Below, in pieces: positions 20,079-34,078 of a stretch of DNA of 64,000 bases. The stretch spans positions 1 to 64,000 of the forward strand of contig BQFW01000003.1 in NCBI GenBank assembly GCA_020891255.1, given 5' to 3'. A model generated the notes under the pieces. It saw only the letters and a program-made list of their open reading frames with translations. It was not told the origin of the DNA and ran no database searches. The DNA comes from Entomortierella parvispora E1425. Its lineage: Eukaryota; Fungi; Mortierellomycota. Within the stretch, counting starts at the first letter, position 1. Each line of letters starts with the position of its first letter. The translations under genes and the position numbers were made by a program.

Positions 20079-23000
20079 GGTGAGCCTTGGAGTCGTGTGA
20101 ACAGTTTTTGATTCGAGTTTGGAATGAACTTACGCTGTTGACGTCAAGAAGCTGGGTCCTGCAGTTTTGATACATTATCTCCAACGTTTGCGCTTGTTGG
20201 CGATTCTCTTGCCTGGCGGTTGCGTCGAGTGCTCCATTTTCTGACTGGCGGATACACCCTTCGATAGCAGACTTCAAATGTTGCAAGATGTCCAATTGGA
20301 TGTTGCCAACCTCTAGCTTTTCCTCCAGCTCAATGAGTAGGCGGCCATTTTCAGACTTGGGATCGGATCCTGCAGGGTAGCTCTTGGCGTTGCTGACAGC
20401 CAGTGATAAGTACTCGAGCCTAGACTCAAAATCCAACTTGTATCGAGTAGATTCTGCAATTCTCCCGAGCTCCTCTGCAGCATTGCCAAAGTCGTCCACC
20501 TTGACATAGTAGCGCCACAGCAGATCTCTCGTTCCGTCTAAAAGCGTGCATTGCTTGAGGTACTCCTCAATATACGGCGACTGGATTTCCAGCAGATAAC
20601 CCGTTCGGTTATGAGTGAGAAGCCAATCATAGAGCTGTGTGTGGAACAGGGAGTCATCAAACTCAAGTGCAGTTACAAGAGTATGGAATGCAAAGTTGGA
20701 TAGCGGACCCTGAGTAGAGTCCAGACCCAGCTCTTTCAACACTGCCAACACATTGTCATAGCAGATCATACGATGGGAAAACTGCTCCACTCGGACGTCC
20801 TAATTAGAGAAAAAGCTGAAAGGTCAACAACAAGGTTCGAATCTGATGATGGCTTAAGCCCATACGATGCTTTCATCAGTACCTTGGAGTTCATCCCGTC
20901 CTTGACATACCCCTCAGCTTTATTGCTGGGGTCAACATCTTGAGCGCAAGAAAGAGCAAGCTCGACAGCACCTAGTCACGCAAAGTCGAATTCAAACATA
21001 TAGTCAGTTCGGAGGGTCCAGGGCACCAAACTTCACGCTCAACACGCGATCAATTGTAGTCTTTGCAATACCTGGGAAAAACTTGAGATCCGTGTATTCC
21101 TTGCAGACCCCATTAAGTTTGTTACGACCATGGGTTTCGTCCACGAGCAGGAAAGGGACTTTTTTGAAGAGGCGAAGTGACTCCCGTGCATGATCCTCCA
21201 CATCCACTGGATCCAAAGATGACTTGGCCTGGCGTAAGTGCTCCGTTGCCTTGTAAAACAACACATCTCCGGGATTGCAAAATGATCCACAAATGCGTTG
21301 CAGGGTATCGCTCACAGCATCCACCTACAGCGAAGAGGGTGTTAGTTAACTGACATTGATTACCTCGTGCAAATGCCGTTGAGAATCGGTTCTCTTACAC
21401 TCATATGATGGCCCATTTGCTTGTTGATAACAGCGGTGACAAGTTCACGACAAAGATCGTGGCCTTTTGCGGTTGTCAACAGCGTCTCGTAGGTGATTCC
21501 AAGTAATGCCTGCTGGGAATCTGCCGAGATGCTAATATATCGGTGCCGGTTAGCCTCATTCATAGTATTGCCAAATGAAAAAAAAAGTATGAAACGACCA
21601 TTGGCAACTTACTTGGAGACTGTTTCCGACATCTTCGAGTCGATCAAGAAAAGCACAAATGCAATTCCTTCGATGCACTGTGTGAGCAACATTGCGAGGG
21701 CTTGAAGAGACTTTGTCTCTGCGTTGGCGTTTTCAATCTCGATCTGATCGCTTTCTCCGGGGGGGTTAGAGCTCACGACAGGGCGGGGCATGAACAGATC
21801 GACGTTGTTGCTCAGGAATGCACGGACCGCAATGAGGTCCTTCTGAACTGATGTCAACACCATATCCGGGATCTCAGAATCGACTTGGCCTCTAGCGGGG
21901 TTTGTCACTTTGATGACCTTGTGCTTCCAGATGGGGCGAAGAGTGCGGGCGAGATAAAGGCTCAATCCAGAGTGTCGGTACGTGTATTGCCCTGATGCGC
22001 TCTGCGAAACTGGTCTGCCCAACTCAGATCCCATCTGACTAACAGTGGTCAAACGTTCGTTCGCAGTACGCTCGGTTTGGTCACGCTTTCCGCCCCATTC
22101 CAGTAATGACCGCTCTGCAAATGCAGCAACTGGCCCTACTTCAATCGTACAAACTAGTGAGTGATCAAGAATCGTCATTATAGAATACACCGATATGGTC
22201 ACTCTGGTTACCTTGAGCTCCGTTCAGAATAGGTACAAGGCTAGGATTGGCACAGAGGATAGCAATGCACATTGCACATGCTTCTACATGCCCGTACCTA
22301 AAAAAGGAAAAGAGCTACAAGTAAGTAACTTTTGTTGGAGCCCTGTCAATTTCTCATGTTATACATACTGCTCGAAGAAAGCTGCAATCTCAGCCTCGGA
22401 ACCTTGTCCTTCAAGCAGTAGCTGTTGGAGAGTATCGACAGGTCTGCGCTTCGAAAAGATGTCGACTCCAGAATTTGTCAAAACCAGAAACTCGCGAGCA
22501 GTTCTAGAAAGTTGAACTGCAAGCTCGTTCCTCACAACTGAAGGATCAATAGGTCCAGCCAAGTCCACCCCTGGAACCTCGGCCATCGCCCAGATTTTTC
22601 CTTCCACGCCCGAGATCATAGCCATCTCCAACATTTTAGGAATGTAGGTATTTCCAACAGTCTAATAGGAAAGAACAAAAGTTAGTCGTTGTGATTTTTT
22701 ATATGTTTTGTCGATTAGAGTGGAAAGATCGGCTTGACCAATACCTTTGTGGCCGTAGAGGCTTTGTTAATAGGTCCTGAATCTGGAGCGGCTGCGACGA
22801 GTGCATCGGCAGCATCAGTCAGAGCATGTGCGGCCAGAAAGACGCCATTGCTGTAAAGAGACTGGTGGATTTGATATTGTCCTTGTGCCCCAAGGATTCC
22901 TTCAGGCGCTGACTCAAAGGTTGGCGGAATTCGAACATGCAGCAAGGTCGGTCCTGATAAAACCGCATCCGCTTGTCGTTGACTGTAGTCCATCGGAGTC

Positions 23001-24341
23001 CTATGGCCAAAATACAGGCGGCAACCTGTTCCAGTGACTGCCAGTAGACAGACATCCCTGGACTCTGTCGTAGGAATAACATGGATATCGACGATTTTAA
23101 ACGAGTTCTCATCCATGGTCCTGTGATGATTGCTCCTTCGTTTTCCTTCCTGCAAAATACTGCTGGCCTTCAATGTCCCGCGCTGCGTAGGGTTTCCAGA
23201 TAGCCCAATTACCTACAAAACAAACTGGGATCAGTTATCACCGCTTTGAAATAAGCACCGAAGCTGACATTCTTTTTTTTTCTTTACCTCAATGTTTGAG
23301 TTCTCTGTGAGGCCGTACATCGTCTGTCTCGATTGATCAAATATAACCTTCACAATCGCATCCACCCTGATCTTGTTCAGGAACGTAGGAATGAAATATG
23401 AAAGCGAGCTCCCAATGACTTCCTTCTTTGAGCACTTTTTGCTGAACCAGCCCTCCTCAGCCTGGTATTCGATCTCCCACAGTCGTCCGTCGCTGCCGTT
23501 CATAAATATCCTGCCTTCAGCCGTTCCGACGATGCTCTTCATTGCAACATTGTCGGTGGGTACACTCATGTTTGTGAGATAAAGGGTATGAGGTGTTGCT
23601 CCTGAGCCCTTTGCCAAGCCAAGCAAGTGCACTTCAATCGGTGTTGCGATGACAAGCAAGTATTCCACCTTGTCGTCGAAGGTATCTGATCAAAAGATAT
23701 GGCTGTGTTAATTCACCAGATTATTGTACAACTACTACAGATAGAGTCTAAGTAATCGATGCCACTGTTATTACCTTTCTTTGGCTTCACAAGAGCGACA
23801 TTCACGATGACCTGATCCAACTCTTCATATGATTCGTATTGGCCGCTAAGGTTCGATTGTAGGTGAATGACAGCTATTAGAAAAAAAAATCGCTCCATCT
23901 CATACAATAAATCCTGGATAGATGCTCACCCGTCAGCGTAATTCCAGAGAAAAAGGCGATGATCGATTGTAATCCACACACGATTAATTTCTGGGAACAA
24001 TCCCATAAAGCATCGACACTGCAGCACTAAGTCAACAAACAATGGTCAGTTCTCGAGTCTTGTTGCGTATATGGAGCTGGTACAATGAGTAGTGCAACTG
24101 GATCCCGATATAGCTTACAGTTGTATTGCTCAAAGAGTGTGTCTGGCAGGCTGATGGCCCGCTTGCGACGAAGAATCTGCTGACTAGAGTTTGGGGCGCT
24201 GTAGATAGCCGAGTACTCCGAGCTGAAAAACTCGCCGAGATCTGGATACTTCAGCTCTCTTCCCAACTGGTCATCCACGGTTTTCGCTGCGAGACGAAGT
24301 AAGGTCTCATTCGCCTCGGTATCGGCAGGTCTCTGGGCCAT
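19164..24341 (-). CDS. NUP170: Nucleoporin Nup155/Nup157/Nup170 (multi-exon)
   Basis: N-terminus ..YPDL..LPDTLFEQYN, EYLLVIATPIEVHLLGLA, GRIFMNGSDGRLWEIEYQAEEGWFSKKC, RHSGLSLYLARTLRPIW, LFHTQLYDWL, RLEYLSLAVSNAKS. Canonical minus-strand introns. Confidence 0.95.
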
Positions 24342-24636
24342 TCTGAAGAACTTTTAGTACGAGTGACAAGGAACGTCTGTTGGCGATCGAGTGGACTGGT
24401 TGATCAGACTCCACGAGATTCGCGTCGGTTCGAAAACAATTGGCGAGTGAGGCGCGCGATTTTCCACTTGCTTTTTCCACGAACGCTGTAGTCGATCGGA
24501 CGGTGCGAGGCGGAGGAGATGTCGTCTGGGCAGGAGTGGGAGCAATTAACAAAGATGGTTGTTGGCGATCAGTGGCCTCTTTGTCGTCCCATGGCGCGTT
24601 CTTGGGCCGTAACAAGAGCGATTCAGAAAAATCAGA

Positions 24637-24658
24637 GACGTCACTCATGATCACGTGA
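24637..24658. promoter_or_regulatory. Candidate bHLH (TCACGTGA) and CRE-like (GACGTCA) sites in the ~490-bp divergent NUP170/VPS16 promoter
   Basis: Palindromes at 24637-24643 and 24651-24658 between head-to-head start codons (24341 and 24831). Confidence 0.35.
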
Positions 24659-24830
24659 ATATTCGCGCCTGTTGTGGAGAAACTCGAGCCCAGCATGAGC
24701 GGCCATGGACACTTCTCGCCTTTCTCTGCCCGTTGAACCATCATTTGTGGCATCATCTTTTCACCTCCGTCATTGCTCATAACCAACATCACGACTCTCT
24801 TCTATTGCACCCTTTATTCACCTCGGAAAC

Positions 24831-27800
24831 ATGGCACCTCCAACGGCCGACTGGCTGGCTCTTCATGACCGCTTCTACAGGTTCGGCAGCGGTTCAACGC
24901 GCCATCTCTTGGCGGCTTGAATATCCTCGACCCAAGTTGCTAAAACTCTGACGCGTATTCTCACCTTCCCTCAATGATTATAGAAAGCAAGAGATATATA
25001 CCATGCTCTGGAAACAGGTTGATTTATCAAAATACATGATTGCAGCCGCTCCTTTTGGTGGCCCTCTTGGTAACTTCAGCAAACAGCCTAGGTTACGAGA
25101 AGTTGCACTCCGCCTCAAGCGAACAAAATTCCTGATTCCATGCTGATCTCTATTTTCTTTACAACGTAGCACTGGTGCGCGACGACCGCAAGGTTATTCT
25201 CGTTCAGAAGCAACAACCTGTCAAGCCCAGCATCTATCTGTATACCTCTTCTGGAAAACTCTTGGAGCCAATTCAGGTACGAGTTTTTTATGACCCTTTC
25301 ATAAGGAGTGATGAGATGGATGATGATGTACACCAGAGACTCTGATACCACCACTCTCATGAATAGTGGGACAAAGGAAGAATTGTAGGCATGGGATGGA
25401 CAGAGACTGAGCACCTGGTCTGCGTGTTAGAAGATGGCACCGTTCGCATGTACAACATTCTTGGTGAATACACGCAGTTCTCCATTGGAAAGGTGAGTTG
25501 ATAACAACGATGTATTACGTGATGTTCGGATGAAAACGAAACTAAACGAATGACGTTGCTGTGGCTCTAGGAGGCAAAGGACAATCGTGTGATTGACGTT
25601 CAGTTCTGGGATACAGGACTCGTCGCTCTTACAGGAAGCTTCCAATTGATTGCTGTCACCAACTTTGAAGAGCCCAGGCCTCTTCCCTTGGCTGATCCTG
25701 GCATTAACGAACCTCCTCATAGCTGGACCGTCATCCCTCCGAAATTCACGCTTAGTCGACACGTGGAAGTCCTTTTGGCTGTAAACTCAACTGTTCTTGT
25801 CGTAGACGCCACGGAAGCTAGGGACGAGGTGGGTTGGGATTGTGTTTGCACGACCTTTCTAATCTCTGCCAACTCCCCCTAATTACTGACTGATGTCGAT
25901 TTCATTGTATAGCGCTTGCAAAAAGGACCTTTCACAAAGATGTCTGTCTCTCCAGACGGCAAATTCTTGGCACTCTTCACTTCTGCAGGCAACCTCTGGG
26001 TGGTTTCTACAGATTTTCAGAAGAGTCTGTCCGAGTACGAGACAGGATCATCTGTTCCACAGCAGCTAGTCTGGTACGTTAGCACCCACGATGAAATAGC
26101 ATCCTATGGTCATACTGGATCTCACATATTCGCACTTTGCTCCAATAGGTGCGGTACAGACTCGGTCGTCCTCTACTGGGACAAGCTGGTTCTTGTGCTA
26201 GGACCATTCGGCGGATATAACGAGTAAGCTGGGATTTTCTGGACTTTATACTTGGAAGCGTAGCCATTTTGCCACTAACAACAACTTGATAGATACCCAT
26301 ACGACGAATCAATATTCTTGGTCCCAGAGATCGACGGTATTCGGATTATCAGCAGAGAGAAATGCGAGTTTCTGCAGAAAGTTCCAGGTAAGACCGTTAT
26401 GGTCATCCTACTTCTCTCAAGCAGCCGACTTGACACATGGACCATTCTTAACGTCATTTTTGTTTTGGTTTGATTGACAGATGTCACTGTGGATATTTTT
26501 GGAATTGGGTCCACCGCTCCTGCCGCCATGCTTTACGATGCTTTGGACCATTTTGAAGTAAGATAAATGTCATTTTGAAGCATCCTTTGACATGATCCTT
26601 ATTTTTTTTTTCCTTTTTTTTTTTTTTTTTTTTTTTTGCAGAAAAAAAGTCCAAAGGCGGACGAAAACATCCGCAGTATTCGCATGGAATTACCAGAAGC
26701 TGTAGAGGCGTGCATTGAGGCGGCAGGTCACGAAAATTCTCACCAACTTCAACGGTTGCTGCTCAAGGTACAGCAGGCAATCATTTTGGTCATTTGTTTG
26801 GTCCAGTGTTTCCTAATTGACTTACTTCCTTTTACAGGCTGCTTCATTTGGAAAGTGCTTTCTGGAGATCCATAATGCGGATTCCTTCGTGGAGATGTGC
26901 AAAGTTCTTCGTGTCTTGAACGCTGTCCGATATTACGAGATTGGCATTCCATTGACGTACGCTCAGTACCAACGACTTACACCAGAAGCGCTTATAGACC
27001 GACTGATCAGTCGGCACCAGTACTTGCTTGCGATCAGGATTTGTGAATACCTGAAGATGAGGACTGACAGGATTCTCATCCACTGGGCTTGTTCAAAAAT
27101 CAAAAAGTCGAACGACGACGAGGACACGATCTGCCGAATGGTTGTGGAGAAACTGGCGAACAAACCTGGTCTATCCTACTCTGAAATCGCAATGACAGCT
27201 CACAAGGCGGGACAATCCAAACTGGCCACGATGGTACTGCAGGAAAATTATGTTCGTTCGTGCTAGGCTTTTTCTTCCCAATCTTACATTTTATTTTTCT
27301 GGAAAATAGCTTCTCGACTATGAACCAAGGGCAGGAGATCAAGTGCCATTGCTTATGAGCATGCAGGAAGATGAAATGGCCTTGACAAAGGCGATTGAGA
27401 GCGGCGACACGGATCTGGGTATGTCACTATGTTCCCATCTCGATTATTTACTTTATTTGATATGTACTCATGATGCACTCTACTGTTCATTTCAATATCA
27501 CTAGTCTACCATGTGCTGTTGGACCTTAAGCGCAAACTGCCAATAGGAGAGTTCTTCAGACTTGTCAACAACAAGCCTCAGGCTTGCAATCTCCTGGAAT
27601 CGTATTGCAAGGAACAGGATCCAGAACTCTTGAAGAACTTTTATTATCAGGACGATCGTCTTGCTGATAGTGGAAACCTGTCTTTGCTTGAGAGCTTCCA
27701 TCAAAGAGACGTCGTTGATAGGATCAACAAGGTCAAAGTTGCACTCAAATTGTACCAGGAGGATAAGAACCACCCTTTTGAAGAAAAGGTAACCCGATTG

Positions 27801-28372
27801 GACGTTGAGGAAACATCTGAAGGACAAATCACTAACCAGCGCTTCATATTTGATCACACTAGGCAATTGAGGAGAATATTCGGCTTCTGCAGACGCAGGC
27901 TCAATTGGAGAAGGACTTCTCGGAAACCTTCACTGGCCTCTCCATTAGCAGTACTGTGTACAAGCTGATCATTATCAATCAGAGCAAACGAGCAGAGAAG
28001 ATCCGGAGTGATTTCAAGATGCCGGATAAGCGGTTCTGGTGGATCCGCTTGCGAGCCCTTGTTGAGATCGGTGATTGGGATGGAGTCGCCACCCTCGCAA
28101 AATCCAAAAAGTCGCCAATTGGATACGAACCCTTTGTAGAGGAATGTGTGAAGGCCAAACAATTCCGAGAGGCAGCAAAGTACATCTTGAAGTGCGATGC
28201 TCATCTCCGCGCCGGCCTCTTCCTCAAGATCGAAGCTTTTCAGGAAGCTGGTGAGCAGGCGTTCCTTCAGAAGGATATGGATACGCTGCGGGAGATCCGT
28301 GACAAGTGCCCGAACGCATTGATCCAAGGACAGATCGACGCGTACATTTCCCAGCTGGCATCAGCCAGATAA
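24831..28372 (+). CDS. VPS16: HOPS/CORVET subunit Vps16 (about 14 exons)
   Basis: [17 protein letters not shown]|[52 protein letters not shown] introns. Confidence 0.96.
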
Positions 28373-28831
28373 AATAAAATGTTGTCCCCTTAATTATTAC
28401 ACGTGACTACTGAGTTTTGCTGGGTGGCTTGCGCGCGAAAAATTTTCCCCATAAAGAAGGGCGAACTTTTTTTTTTTCTCGTCTCTCTTCCTTTTCTCCA
28501 CCATACCCTCCTCCATCATGTAAGTCCAATCCCTCCAAGTACCAATCTTCCAACACACCATCCAACACACATTTGCGAGTGTTCATTACCTGATGATCCA
28601 ACGAGACAATTTGCACGTCAGTCACAGCCCCTACTAGGGCAATGATGACCAAATTATATACCCAAATTTCTGATACTCAACATTCCAAAGCCACTACTTT
28701 TGAATGTATTCTCGCGTACACATCCGGTCATTGAGTTCTAACGCGCGTTTTTGCTTTGTAGATCCTGGTCAGCGTACACTCGATGCAATGTTCTCAATAA
28801 ATATTCCCTTTGCTGCAGAATCTCTTTTTAT

Positions 28832-30936
28832 TCAACTATTGGTGATCAAAAATGTTTCCATTCCCCCTGATCCACGTTCGAACTCGAAAGCAATGACAAG
28901 ACGCGGTGGGGAAGCTGTACTCCCTGTCTCGACATCTTCGTAAACCTGCACAATGGACAAATTGGTCAACGCCATATCCACCTCATCTGAGGCACCAAGT
29001 TTTTGGATGCCGCCGAGGAACGCGCTGAAAAACTGGTTGACAAAGTGAAAACTATACACGAATCTGTCGTCGACTGCTGCCGCCTGCTTCATTTCTGTTG
29101 ACTCGAGCACCTTCGTCCCAAATGAATAAATGGACGTTGTACAACAGATTGTCTGTCGATCTGCTGATTGCAACAAAAAGACGTTTTTGAAAGCACCTTT
29201 CATGGAGGGATCCAGATTCAACCCGATTCTGGCAAAGAGAACTGCACACACCGTTCTCTGGTAGAGATCGAACAATCCTGGAAACTTTTCCGGCACAAGC
29301 CGGTGAGCATCCATCGACTGAAACTTGTCCATTTCCAGATTAAGGGAAGGAACAAGAGCATGTTGAGACTGCTCATCATTCACGATAGCACATGATGGCG
29401 GTTTGGTGCTCTCGCTCTTTGTGATGATCCGGCTCCCTGTCTCAAGATATAATGCAAATACAATGGGTCGCAAGGACTGAGACCGATGACGGTGATTGGG
29501 CTGCAATGGTGGATGAGTCGAATCGGAGATATATTCTGCTCGAAGAGTAGGGAAAGGTCGTGATGGAAGGTCCTGTGCCAGTTCTTCAGAGGTCAAAGAA
29601 ACGATCGACTCTGTTGACGGTGTTCCCGAGTTGTGGAAAAGAGAGACTGTGCTTTCGCCCGATTCCGGATAGTCATCATCACCTGCAAGGTGGAGACCAG
29701 ACGCCTCGCCCTGAGTGCGCGAGTGACGTCGGAGGGATTGACCTTCTGAACTGACTGCCCCTGAATTTGGACTTGAAAGATCTGGTGCTGGAGTGCCTTC
29801 ATCATCATGACTTTGCCACGCGGCTTGGTTTGATTGAGTTGCTTTTGACGAGTGAGGTGGTGTCCTTGGACTAGGGGCTGTGGAGCTGAATCCTGTGATG
29901 ACGGCCTCAGTACTTGGGTCGTCCTCGCCATCCCCACCATCCATGAGTAGCCGTAAAACTAAGATAGCCCGGCCCGTTACAAAGATTAAACGTCAGATTC
30001 CAGAGGCGTAGGGCAACAGCGAAGCCATTGGTAGCAACATTGGACTTACACGCCGGATCGTTCTTTCGCGTGTTTTTCAAGACCTGGATATGGGACGAGA
30101 CTTGTTTGCGGGTTCTGACCTTGTTTGTTCGTCGAAAGATGTGATCTGCAATCAGCTCATTCCGTCCACATGGCTTTCCGTCGACAAGCACCTTCCTGCG
30201 TCCTAGTTTCGGAATTACTTCCAGGGCTGTGAACCAAAAAAAACAAAGGTATGAATATATGTCTAGAGGATGTCGTATCCTGATCAGCCGTTGATGCTTC
30301 CTGTTTACCTTCAAAGAAGATCATCTCGATATCGGTCGGCCACACCTGCTTGGAGACAACAACAGCGTTAGGAAGGATGTACACTAATCCATCATCGATC
30401 ATTTTGAACCATACCTCTTCACGGTCTGGCTTGGAGGATTCCTTCGTTGTTCGCCTTTTCCCCCCAAGCTGTGATGGAGACACACCTGTGTCCATGCTGT
30501 CGTAAAGAGATCCTTTGTCTGCAGTGCTCCTGTGCGTTGATGGGTATGACCTCTGTTGATATGACTTGGGACTGATGCTTGGATTCTTCCTTGAGGACTG
30601 AGACGTGCGGGGCGACTCTGTCGAAGGCACCCGACGACGGGGACGATGAGATGGATCATTGTATATCGCTGCAGACGCCAGTTCGTAATCTGGTACAGGT
30701 GAGTGGTCGTGTCGCTGGATTCTTCGATGTCGATTGGCATTCTTATCTTGCCATGGATGGTGCCCACTAATGCACTCTTGTTTGACTGTAGAGACTTCAC
30801 TCGAATTTGAATGCACTCGGGATTGCTCCAGTGGGTAGATAGGTGGGAGGTTCTCGGTGGATGAGTGAGTGAACTGCCGAGAATAATCCAGCCTGTTGCC
30901 GTCGGATGAGCGAGTGGCGGAAGAAGCGATGTTCAT
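28832..30936 (-). CDS. TEA/ATTS-domain transcription factor with a C-terminal TEAD YAP-binding-like domain
   Basis: [36 protein letters not shown]; C-terminal [33 protein letters not shown]. Confidence 0.9.
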
Positions 30937-32163
30937 GGTGTGGATGATAGGCGGAAGTAAGGAAGGGGGATGGATGGGCGGAAGGGCGGCGGAGAAGAGG
31001 GGAGTTGTCAAAGAAGAGGTGAAAGCAACGAGAAAAGAGCCAGGGATCCTCCCTGCCCTTGTGTCCCCTCCATTCCTTGACCATCTGAACTGATGCATGC
31101 TACCTGACAACCCCTTTCTGTGCCCTCTGTGCCCTCTGTGTACTCTGTCCCTCTTTCTTTCTCTCTCTCTATTTGTTCTTTCCATGCCACGAAAGGGCCA
31201 GCGCCTCCGTGTTTCCACCTCCCTGGTTTACAAGCAAGCAAACTAGCAAACAGTAACCAAACAGGCCATCAATCCTAGGCAAGTTTCCGTGAAGTGATCG
31301 GGGAGGACAAGAGACATGACAGATACTCTCCATCTCGCTCAAAGCGCACAGACGCCAGGGTGCGCACGCGCAGACCATAGTCTACAGAGAGGAAGAAAGC
31401 GCACGGATGCGGGCTCGAGATTGACGATCGCTCCTTTGCGCATGTGCTCTCTCTCCTCTCTCTCTCACGCTCTGTTTTCTTTTCCTCCCTTCACTCTAGT
31501 CAAAGTCTGTCTGTACCAGCAGGGCTGATCTGCGGTTGCAAAATGAGGCGCGGGACTGCGGACAGTCTGCTACAGTGTGATTTTGGTGTGATGGGTCGAG
31601 CCCTGCTGTTGGCAAGAGCGAAGCAACAGCAGCAGCAAAAAAAAAAAAAAACGGCCCGCCAGGGCGGATGATGGGAAGAGAGCCGAGCGGCTGTGCACCC
31701 CCGCGTCTAGTCATCCAGAACAAAGTCGTTTACAAAAAAAAAAAAAGAGGGACTGGATGAGTACAAATAGACTACAACAACACAACAGCCACCAGTGGGA
31801 GCGAGGAAGGGAAAAGGAAAAACAAGTGGCGGCTGTCCCTTTCGCTCCGCCCCATGACGACGGCATGGCCCTGTTGTGTTTTGCTCCATGGTGCGTGGGT
31901 GGAGCGTGCTAAAATAAGAAAAGATAGACTCATCTCACACGTCCCTCGCACACCCACCGTGTTAAAAAGGGTCCCTGGCCTTCCTTCCCTCCCCTTTCCC
32001 TCCCCTCCTCTCTCTCTCTCTTTGCTTCTTTTCATCCATCCATTCATCCATCCATCCATCCATCCATCCACCTTTTTTCATTCATTTCTTCATCCTTTTT
32101 TCTTTTCCATTTCATCCGTGTCCTATTTCCTTCTCACAGTTACTTCTCACATTCACTCGCTCA

Positions 32164-33877
32164 ATGCCTCGTCGCCGTGATAACTGCTGTTGGTGCATTC
32201 CTTTAAGAGCTGCTGCCTTTCTTGGTGGACTCTTCCTCGCTGTAGGCATTTGTTGAGCTCTCCCTCTTCTTTCAAATGTACTACCTTTTACTTTCGACTC
32301 ACGGTCCACATGTGTCCTTCTCCACTCTCTACTCGATTAGGCCTTTGGTGCCGCAGGGTGCTATCTATTCTTCACGCATCAAAACTTTCGTAAGAGAGAC
32401 AACTTGCTTGCCTTGGGTATCTTGAGTTTCCCGAGACTACACCATGCTGACCCTTGACCCGCTCTTCTTTCACTTGTTCATAGCAAACGAGACGATCACC
32501 GTGGAAGGTATCACACAACAGCTGCATTGGAATCGCGCAACAACGGGAAACTCTGGACGCGCCTGAAACTCACAAGGTCTTCCTTCCCGTCCATCTTTTC
32601 TTTTTTTTATGGTTTCTTTCTCCGCAAAATAGGAATCCAGTTGACGCCTTTCTCTTCGGCCCATGCGATTTGGTTTTTTGTTGCGGCAGTGAGCATCATC
32701 GCCGCTGCTGTTGGTCTTTTCGGCATGGGAACCGCCTTGGCTGCCAACCGACCAGCCGTGAAAGCTTTCGAGGCTTTTTATGTTCTTTCCCTCCTCACGC
32801 AGTTCGCACTCATTGTTTGGGCGCTGATCTGGTGCAAACAAAACCAGTCTCAGTGGGACGTCGTCTGCAGCGCTTCACAGGCTGGCCTAATCGACACAAC
32901 CTTCATTCCCGGCTTCGCCTCGGGCTGGTCCTGCCAAAAGATTTATACCGTGGGCATCATTGTTCTTGGCGTCGGTGGATTTGTGTGGCTCACCTTCAAC
33001 GTAAGCAGATGGTCCTCCTCGACAGATTGTTTTAGAACAACGCCAGGGCTGCAACTAACATCTTTCTCTGGCATGCTATTCTTAGTTCTACATGACCAAT
33101 CGAGTTATTCACTATGCCCGCGAGTTGTTTGAGGAAAAGGAGAATCGGTACAAGGTCCTCGGAGAGGCTGCAACAAAGGAGTTGGACCGTGAGCAACAAA
33201 TTCCTCTGAACTACACCAATGTTGGCGGCTCTATGGCAGACCGGGAAATCAGCCAAAACGATCAGGTTCCAGTCAGCTCCTACAGGGACGAAATCGAGTA
33301 CAGGGACTATCACGGCGGCGATGTGTACCAGCACCCACGTACGTCTGCCGCCGAAATCGGTGGAGGTGCGTATGGACAAGGCTATGTCCCAGATCAACAT
33401 TATGGACATATGCAACAGCAGCAACAACATGTTGCGCCAGGCTTCAGTCATCGTACTTCTGCCCAGGGGCTCGATCTAGTCAATCCTTACTATGGAGAAC
33501 AGGAAGTAGTCGTTCCAGGGCCCATTACCATGGCTACAACGCCTCAACATCTCCTTCATACCGCATCGTCAACTTTCCCCAGACAGGATACAGATCAATC
33601 ATTCACGCACACAAATGCACACAAGATTGCTTCTCCATTCGACGATGATGACACTGTCCCGGCCATCTCAACCGTGCCTGCACCCATCGCCACTTATGAT
33701 CACGATGTCAAGGTTCCCATGCCTCCAACCCCGATCGAAGCTAGTGGTAGTGGCTCAAAATCCCCAACTGGCACCGCTGCACCCGACTCGATTCTCTCGC
33801 CAATTTCCCCTCGTGTTCAGTCGCCGCCTGGAAGCAGCAATTACCATGCCAACAACGGGGGTGCATACCCTTTCTAA
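32164..33877 (+). CDS. Four-TM membrane protein with N-terminal CCWCIPLR and a long Pro/Gln-rich cytoplasmic tail (function unknown)
   Basis: Exons rebuilt from ATG 32164 (MPRRRDNCCWCIPLRAAAF..) through hydrophobic ORF 32527-33132 and tail ORF 33092-33877. Confidence 0.75.
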
Positions 33878-34078
33878 ATAGCCATGTTCTCTTTTACCAT
33901 GTAAATAAAATAAAATTTCTACTCGTGTTTATATTCGTATGCATTGCTCTTTGGAGTGTTGTCAAAAATATTTCTGCTGGATGATCAAAAGTAGCTATAA
34001 GCCATCGTGTATTCTATGTGGAGGGGGTATCCTTGATCGGGATATAGCAAAAATGAGAAAAAAAAAGGATCTAAGAGC

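Noticed and set aside
28433-28440. E2F/SCB-like site GCGCGAAA
   Set aside because: It lies between two convergent 3' ends, not in a promoter.
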